Source of the DNA: an uncultured Candidatus Rokubacteria bacterium
GTDB lineage: Bacteria > Methylomirabilota > Methylomirabilia > Rokubacteriales > DASRDR01
Length of the DNA: 64,000 nucleotides
Direction: 5' to 3'
NCBI GenBank assembly: GCA_963805625.1
Contig: CAWDVE010000010.1
Span: 928,001 to 992,000 of the forward strand
Positions 58,105 to 64,000 of this stretch are shown here, in pieces. The translations under genes were made by a program, and so were the position numbers. The notes beneath the pieces were generated by a model. It did no database searches and was not told the DNA's origin. It saw only the letters and a list, made by a program, of their open reading frames with translations. Within the stretch, counting starts at the first letter, position 1; every line of letters begins with the position of its first letter.

Positions 58105-59064
58105 TCACCGCCGGGGCCGCCGGCGACCCGGCGATGGCGGCGCCCCGGCCGGCCTCCGCACGGCGCCGCCCGGCATCCGCTCCTCCAGCTCCTCGAGCGT
58201 GCGCGGCCAGTCCTGGTGGAGGAGGCGTGAGAGGGCGCGATCCGCCAGGAGCCGCCCGCCGGTCTGGCAGACCGCGCAGTAGTTGGTCTCGTTCTCGGCG
58301 TGGACGATCCGCTGCACCGGCGCCCCGCAGTCGGGGCACGGCTGGCCGTACCGGCCGTGGACCGCCATTCCCTCGCGGAAGGCCGTGACCTTCTCCGGGA
58401 AGGCCAGCCGCGCCGCCGCGGAGAGACGCTCGGCCCACTCGACGAGCACCGCGCACGCGGCGACGTGGAGCCGCGCGAGCTCGGCGCCGTCCAGCTGGTC
58501 CGTCATCCTCACCGGCGAAAGCCGCGCGCGATGCAGGATCTCGTCCGCGTACGCGTTGCCGATGCCGTCCAGAAGGCGCGGGTCCGTGAGGGCGCGACGG
58601 AGCGTGTGCCGCTCCCGGGACAGCGCTCCGGCAAACTCGGCGGCGGTCGCCCCCAGGACGTCGAGGCCGCCGGGGTCGAGAGCGGCGAGCGCCGCCTCGC
58701 CCCGCGCCAGGTGAATCGACGCCCGACGCCGGGTTCCGGCTTCGGTGAGAGTCAGCGTGCCGCCCGGGAAGTCGAGCGCCGCGAGCCCCACCCGGCCCGG
58801 CGGGCGCGCGCCTGCCGGTCGCCAGTGAAGGCGGCCGGCGATCATCAGGTGGATGACGATGAAGCGCTCGCCTTCGAGCGCGAGGACGACGCGCTTGCCC
58901 AGGCGGCGGAGTCCCACCACGGTCCGCCCCTCGACCTCGGCCACCGGCGGATCGACCGAGCGGAGGACGAACGGGCTCGCCAGGCGGACCCGCTCGAGCG
59001 GCCGTTCGAGGACGCGCGGCTCGAGGGCCGTCAGGTACGCGACGACGTCGGGTAGCTCGGGCAA
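58105..59064 (-). CDS. Fpg/Nei family DNA glycosylase
   Basis: TTG start giving (M)PELPD; 'HLMIAG', 'GIGNAYADE', zinc finger CPDC...CAVC. Confidence 0.92.
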   Translation of the reverse strand: MPELPDVVAYLTALEPRVLERPLERVRLASPFVLRSVDPPVAEVEGRTVVGLRRLGKRVVLALEGERFIVIHLMIAGRLHWRPAGARPPGRVGLAALDFPGGTLTLTEAGTRRRASIHLARGEAALAALDPGGLDVLGATAAEFAGALSRERHTLRRALTDPRLLDGIGNAYADEILHRARLSPVRMTDQLDGAELARLHVAACAVLVEWAERLSAAARLAFPEKVTAFREGMAVHGRYGQPCPDCGAPVQRIVHAENETNYCAVCQTGGRLLADRALSRLLHQDWPRTLEELEERMPGGAVRRPAGAPPSPGRRRPRR

Positions 59065-59313
59065 CTGTCCGCGCCTGGCATAGGTCCGGGTACGATCGGC
59101 GAGTCCGCTCCGATCAGCTCCTCGATTGCATTGCACGAGGCGGCCGGAGTCAAGGGCCGCACGCGCGTGCTAGCATGATCTCGGCGCGCCGGAGTAGAGC
59201 CACGACGTGAAGTGCCACCCCGGTATCCTCCCCCGCCCGAGACCGTCGACACCGACAGCCTGGTCGTCGACATCGATCGATCGCCGTGCCAAGCCACGGC
59301 AAGGAGCGAGGCC

Positions 59314-59790
59314 ATGCCAAGCAAGAGCTACGCCGCCGGCCACGTCCTGCTGAGCCTCGACGGCACGCTTCGATGCCTCCTCGCCGGCCTCGAGGACGCA
59401 TGCAAGCGCGTGACGAAGATCGATTCGTTCACGGTCAAGCAGAGCATCGTCGAGTTCGCCACCGGCGGATCCGCGATCAGGACGAAGCATCCGACGACGC
59501 TCGAAATCCCGAATCTCAGAATCACGTTCTCGGCGGCCGACGCGAAGCCGTGGCAGGACTGGTTCGACGACTTCGTGATCAAGGGCAATGCCGGCCCGGG
59601 GAACGAGAAGAACGACACCATCGAGTTCCTCGATCCGAGCGGCAAGGCGACGCTCGGCACCGTCAACCTCGTGCCGTGCGACATCTTCTCGCTCGATCTC
59701 GAATCGCTCGGAGGGACCCGGAACGCCGGTCCGCGGTACGCCGCGGAGCTCTACGTCCAGGGCATGCAGGTCGACCTGAAGAACGTCTGA
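59314..59790 (+). CDS. Orphan T4 gp19-like phage tail tube/eCIS tube-related protein
   Basis: 'IVEFATGG...KHPT..IPNLRIT...WQDW...EKNDTIEFLD' follows the gp19 pattern; AAGGAG SD. Confidence 0.6.
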   Translation: MPSKSYAAGHVLLSLDGTLRCLLAGLEDACKRVTKIDSFTVKQSIVEFATGGSAIRTKHPTTLEIPNLRITFSAADAKPWQDWFDDFVIKGNAGPGNEKNDTIEFLDPSGKATLGTVNLVPCDIFSLDLESLGGTRNAGPRYAAELYVQGMQVDLKNV

Positions 59791-59913
59791 TTGAGAGCTC
59801 GCGACGCTGCGCGACGTCCTCGGCGTCCCACGGGTGACCGCCCGCGCCCGCCTCAGACCGGCGTCGAGCTCCGCAATCCCCACGCCGCGCGCCGTGCTAC
59901 GGTTGGGCCGCCG

Positions 59914-61119
59914 ATGGCCCGTGCCGAGACCGCGCTCCTCCGTCTGCCTGGCTTCCCCCGGTTCGCCTGCTCCGCCATGCTCAACACGGTCGCCTTCGCC
60001 GGCGAGCAGGTCGTCCTCGGGTGGCTCGTCCTCGATCTCACGAACTCGCCCCTCCTGGTCGGCGTGGCGCTCGCCCTTCGCATGGCGCCCCTGCTCGTTG
60101 TCGGCCTGCCCGCCGGCGTCCTGGCGGACCGGGGGGATCGTCTCGTCCTTCTCCGCGCCGCCAACACGACCATGGCGCTCGCCCTCACCGCACTCGGCAC
60201 CCTCTCGGTGCTCGGGCGCGTGACGATCGTGCCGGTCCTGGCTCTCACGGTTCTCATCGGCTGTGCGCGCGCTCTGCAGCAGGTGACGCAGCAGGTCCAC
60301 GCCCACGACCTGGTCGGCGCCGCGCGACTGACCGAGGCGCTCGGGGTCCTCGGCATCGCGATGCGCATCGGCGGTCTCACGGGCTCGCTGCTCGCAGGTC
60401 GCCTGATCGGCGGCCTTGGACCGGGCGTCGCGTACCTTGCGGCCGCATCCGCGTCGCTCCTGGGCACCCTGATCCTCCCCCGGCACTCCTCTCACGCGGT
60501 CCGCCCACCCACGGCATCTGGCTCGGTGTGGGAAGGCTTGTCCGGCTTCGTCGAAGCTGTCCGGAGGGAGCGGCGCCTGCCACTGCTCATGGGGCTGACG
60601 GCCGCCGGCGAGGTCCTCGGCTTCTCGCACCAGGCCGTCCTGCCGAGCCTCGCTCGCGACATCCTGCGGGTGGGACCGGAGGGACTCGGCGTGATGAACG
60701 CCACGCGCCAGGCGGGCGGGATCATCGGCATGCTCGGCGTCGGCCGCCTGAGCCAGATGGGCGGGCTCACGGTCGTCTTCGTCGCCGTCCTCGGGGCGTT
60801 CGGCGCAGGAGTGGCCCTGCTGGGTCTCGCTCCCGGCTACGGAACCGTGCTCCTGCTGCTCCTCCTGATCAACGCGGTCGGCGCGATGGCAGACGTCCTC
60901 GGACAGAGCCTCATGCAGCAGGCCGTGCCGGCCGCACTGCGGGGCCGGGCGAGCGGCGCCTGGGTGGTGGCGATCGGCGTGGGGCCCGTGGGACAGTTCC
61001 AGATCGGGGCGCTCGTCTCTTGGCTGGGCGTCGCCCCCGCTCTGGGCCTGAGCGGTGCCGCGCTCGTCGCGGTGGCGCTGAGCGCCCGGTTCCTCATGGC
61101 GCGTGCGCGCAGGCTCTGA
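59914..61119 (+). CDS. MFS transporter
   Basis: 'WLVLDLTNSP', 'GVLADRGDR', 'LRGRASG'; about 12 TM segments. Confidence 0.9.
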   Translation: MARAETALLRLPGFPRFACSAMLNTVAFAGEQVVLGWLVLDLTNSPLLVGVALALRMAPLLVVGLPAGVLADRGDRLVLLRAANTTMALALTALGTLSVLGRVTIVPVLALTVLIGCARALQQVTQQVHAHDLVGAARLTEALGVLGIAMRIGGLTGSLLAGRLIGGLGPGVAYLAAASASLLGTLILPRHSSHAVRPPTASGSVWEGLSGFVEAVRRERRLPLLMGLTAAGEVLGFSHQAVLPSLARDILRVGPEGLGVMNATRQAGGIIGMLGVGRLSQMGGLTVVFVAVLGAFGAGVALLGLAPGYGTVLLLLLLINAVGAMADVLGQSLMQQAVPAALRGRASGAWVVAIGVGPVGQFQIGALVSWLGVAPALGLSGAALVAVALSARFLMARARRL

Positions 61120-61263
61120 CGCGAGCCGCCGCCGAGGTCACCCGGCAGACACTCCGGCCATCTGCTCCCGCCCGATAGACGGGTGGCCCGGGCAGACCTT
61201 CCGGCCCCGCCCGGGCCACCTGGCGGTGACGCGCAATCGAAGTGGAATGCCTCCCGCCGCTCG

Positions 61264-61686
61264 CTAGCAGCAGCCCCCGGAAACCGCGGGCTTCTTCGGC
61301 GGCTCGATGAGCTCGATGCGCGCGTCGTCGGGCCCACGGACGAAGGCGATGCGTGGCCCGTTCGGCACCTGGATCGGACCCTCGAGCAGCGGGCATCCGA
61401 GCGCGCCCAGCCGGGTGATGTCGGCGTCGAGATTCGCCGAATCGAAGCCGAAGTGCTCGATGCCGTGGTGCGGCATGGCGTCGCCCGCGCCCAGCTTCTC
61501 GCCGGTCCTGGCGCCCGAGATGTTCACGGCGATGCCGCCGTCCTCGCTCATGCACCGGACGAAGCGGTCACCGAAGACCCGCGTCTCGTCGGAAAGGATC
61601 TTGAAGTTGAACGCCTTGACGTACCAGTCGGCGGTCCTCCGGGGATCCGGAGCCTTGAGGTGGATGTGATTGATCCGGAATGCCAT
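61264..61686 (-). CDS. VOC/glyoxalase family protein
   Basis: 'INHIHL', 'IEHFGF', 'GPDDARIELIE'; GGAGG SD; ends GGCC. Confidence 0.9.
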   Translation of the reverse strand: MAFRINHIHLKAPDPRRTADWYVKAFNFKILSDETRVFGDRFVRCMSEDGGIAVNISGARTGEKLGAGDAMPHHGIEHFGFDSANLDADITRLGALGCPLLEGPIQVPNGPRIAFVRGPDDARIELIEPPKKPAVSGGCC

Positions 61687-61804
61687 CGTGACCTCCAGGT
61701 CCATGGCCGGCGCGCGGCCGGCCGGGAAGTGAGCCATTGTCGCCGCGGAATCCTCCCGCCGTGACCCTTCGCCTCCGCGGCCCTCGGAACGGGTCCCGGC
61801 CGGA

Positions 61805-63064
61805 TCAGACGAGGGCGCGTCGGCCGAGCTTCACAGGACGGCCGCCCTGGATCACGTCCACCGCGTCACCCAGCGCGGCGATGTCCGCCGCGGGGTCCCC
61901 GGCAACGGTCATCAGGTCGGCCACGAGTCCGGGCCGAATGGCGCCGATCTCGTGCCCGAGGCGCATGGCCTCGGCGGACTCGGCGGTCGACACGGCCAGC
62001 GCTTGCCACGGTGAATACCCGAACCACTTCACGAACGCCCGGGCATTCGCGGACGACGCGTCGAATCGAGCGTGCGCCATCCCCATGTCGAGGCCAGTGA
62101 TGAAGCGCACCCCCCGCGCGCGCATGTCGCGGGTGATCTCCACGTGCTCCTCCATCGACACGGGTGCGGCCGACACCGACCAGTGAGGCTTGGGAGGCGG
62201 CGCGCCCGCTTCGAGCGCCTCGTGCCCGAGGAGGTGAAGCCCGAAGGTCACGTCGACCGCCTGGCCGTTGGCCGCGATCCGCTTCGACACTTCGGGATCG
62301 TACTCGAGCCCTTTCCGCGGGTCCGCCGAGAACCACCGGGCGTGCACGAGGTGGTGGATGCCGGCCTCGGCGCAGTTTCGCACGCCGTCGGCCGACAGCG
62401 TGTGCGCCACGATCTGCATGTCCAGGCGCTCCGCCTCCCGAACGGCCGCGCGGAGGGTGGTGGCGGGGTACTGGACCGTCCGGGGGTTCGCCGTCGGCGT
62501 GAACATGCCGCCGGTCGCCATCATCTTGATGCAATCGGCGCCGAGCTTCTTCTGCCGGCGCACCGCGGTGATGACCTCGTCGACGGTGTCCGCCTCCGTC
62601 CCGAACATCCAGCAGTGCCCGGCCGTCGTCGTGATCGGGGTGCCGGTCAGGATCAGGCGCGGGCCGGCCACGACGCCCCGCCGCACTGCGTCGCGGATCG
62701 GGAACGCGATCTCGTTCTTGCTGCCGATGTCGCGGAGCGTCGTCACACCGCTCATGAGCACGGCCCGGACGTTCGCGGCGGAGCGGAGGAGCAGCGCCTC
62801 GTGCGACTCGGTGGTGACGAGGTGGTAGGCGTCGGGCGTCGCGGAGCAGTGCATGTGCGCGTGGACGTCGACCAGGCCGGGCAGGAGCGAAACGTCGCCG
62901 AGGTCGTGGACGCGATGGGTCGAGCTCACGTCGGGCGGCAGCTCCCGCTGCGGCACCACCGCCCGGATCCGCTCGCCTTCGGTCAGGACCGCGTGGTCGG
63001 GCAGCCATCCCGACACGGTCGGATTCGCCACCCGTCTCGCCTTGAACACGGAACGCTCCGCCAC
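61805..63064 (-). CDS. Amidohydrolase family protein (prolidase-like)
   Basis: 'PGLVDVHAH', 'SGVTTLRD', 'IKMMATGG', 'VAH', 'G.I.PG..ADL'. Confidence 0.92.
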   Translation of the reverse strand: MAERSVFKARRVANPTVSGWLPDHAVLTEGERIRAVVPQRELPPDVSSTHRVHDLGDVSLLPGLVDVHAHMHCSATPDAYHLVTTESHEALLLRSAANVRAVLMSGVTTLRDIGSKNEIAFPIRDAVRRGVVAGPRLILTGTPITTTAGHCWMFGTEADTVDEVITAVRRQKKLGADCIKMMATGGMFTPTANPRTVQYPATTLRAAVREAERLDMQIVAHTLSADGVRNCAEAGIHHLVHARWFSADPRKGLEYDPEVSKRIAANGQAVDVTFGLHLLGHEALEAGAPPPKPHWSVSAAPVSMEEHVEITRDMRARGVRFITGLDMGMAHARFDASSANARAFVKWFGYSPWQALAVSTAESAEAMRLGHEIGAIRPGLVADLMTVAGDPAADIAALGDAVDVIQGGRPVKLGRRALV

Positions 63065-63156
63065 GAATGCCTCCCTGGGTGTGCAGCGGCGGCGTGTGCC
63101 GCCAGCGCGGTCAGCCTACGTTCGCGGGCCCCGGCACCGCAAGTTCCCGCGGCCGA

Positions 63157-64000
63157 TCAGATGAGGGACGCCAGCGCGTCGCCGACCTCGCGCGTCGAGG
63201 CCTTGCCGCCGAGGTCGCGCGTCACCGTCTTGCCGTCGGCGACCACCGTCTCGATGGCCCGTACGATGGCGTGAGCGGCGGCGGTGTGCCCCAGGTGCTC
63301 GAGCAGCATGGCCCCGGTCCAGACCTGCGCGACCGGGTTGGCGATCCCCTTTCCCGCGATGTCGGGCGCCGAGCCGTGCACGGGCTCGAACATCGACGGG
63401 TGCTCCTTCTCCGGGTTGATGTTGCCGCCGGGCGCCAGTCCGATCGAGCCCGCGATGGCCGGTCCGAGATCGGAGAGGATGTCGCCGAAGAGGTTCGAGC
63501 CCACCACCACGTCGAACCAGTCGGGGTGCTGGACGAAGTGGGCGGTGAGGATGTCGATGTGGTACTGCGCGGTCTTGACGTCCGGGTACTCCCGCGCCAT
63601 CGCCGCAAAGCGCTCGTCCCAGTACGGCATGCTGTGGATGATGCCGTTCGACTTGGTCGCTGAGGTGACGTGGCGCCGCGCCCGCGTCCGGGCGAGCTCG
63701 AACGCGAAGCGCATCACGCGGTCGCAGCCTTTCCTCGTGAAGACGGACTGCTGGACCGCCAGCTCGTCCTCGGTGTCCCGGTAGAGTCGTCCGCCGATCT
63801 CGGAGTACTCCCCCTCGTTGTTCTCGCGCACGATGACCATGTCGATCTCGGCCGGAGAGCGGTCGGCGAGCGGGGAGCGGACGCCCTTCAGGAGCCGCAC
63901 GGGGCGCAGGTTGACGTACTGCCGGAAGGTCCGGCGGATGGGGATGAGGAGTCCCCACAGGGACACGTGGTCCGGCACGCCGGGGGCGCCCACCGCGCCG
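63157..64000 (-). CDS. Tartrate dehydrogenase/decarboxylase (5' part outside the window)
   Basis: 'PDHVSLWGLLIPIRR', 'RENNEGEYS', 'TSATKSNG', 'NLFGDILSD', 'FEPVHGSAPDI'. Confidence 0.93.
   Translation of the reverse strand, partial: GAVGAPGVPDHVSLWGLLIPIRRTFRQYVNLRPVRLLKGVRSPLADRSPAEIDMVIVRENNEGEYSEIGGRLYRDTEDELAVQQSVFTRKGCDRVMRFAFELARTRARRHVTSATKSNGIIHSMPYWDERFAAMAREYPDVKTAQYHIDILTAHFVQHPDWFDVVVGSNLFGDILSDLGPAIAGSIGLAPGGNINPEKEHPSMFEPVHGSAPDIAGKGIANPVAQVWTGAMLLEHLGHTAAAHAIVRAIETVVADGKTVTRDLGGKASTREVGDALASLI

Noticed and set aside
1-64000. Many long antisense or alternate-frame ORFs (e.g. 13029-15638 +, 21968-24511 -, 4187-6343 -)
   Set aside because: Shadow ORFs expected at high GC; Arg/Pro/Gly-rich, without motifs, and overlapping well-supported genes.

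Overview
High-GC (visually about 70%) bacterial chromosomal segment, densely packed with about 60 mostly catabolic, transport and housekeeping genes: four MFS transporters, polar amino-acid and peptide ABC systems, amidohydrolases, two class-III aminotransferases, a molybdopterin oxidoreductase, a GcvT-family flavoprotein, M1 and M24 peptidases, thiolase, ispG, Fpg/Nei, tam and a partial tartrate dehydrogenase. The gene content suggests a soil lineage such as Rokubacteria (inference only). I found no rRNA, tRNA, CRISPR array or transposase. Most notable: (1) three GGGGTCAG-tagged long palindromes (REP/REPIN-like; 42157-42231, 46694-46811, 53478-53562) with a compensatory arm change, each overlapping a gene end and apparently supplying start, RBS or stop signals; (2) an aminotransferase-aldolase-ureohydrolase-peptide ABC operon whose ureohydrolase has altered catalytic residues; (3) an orphan gp19-like tail-tube gene; (4) a second TetR operator-like site inside the adjacent hydrolase coding sequence; (5) several apparently leaderless genes; (6) several deletion-scarred pseudogenes, plus six +1 frameshifts in the opp operon that look like sequencing errors. 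All family assignments come from motif recognition, not database searches.
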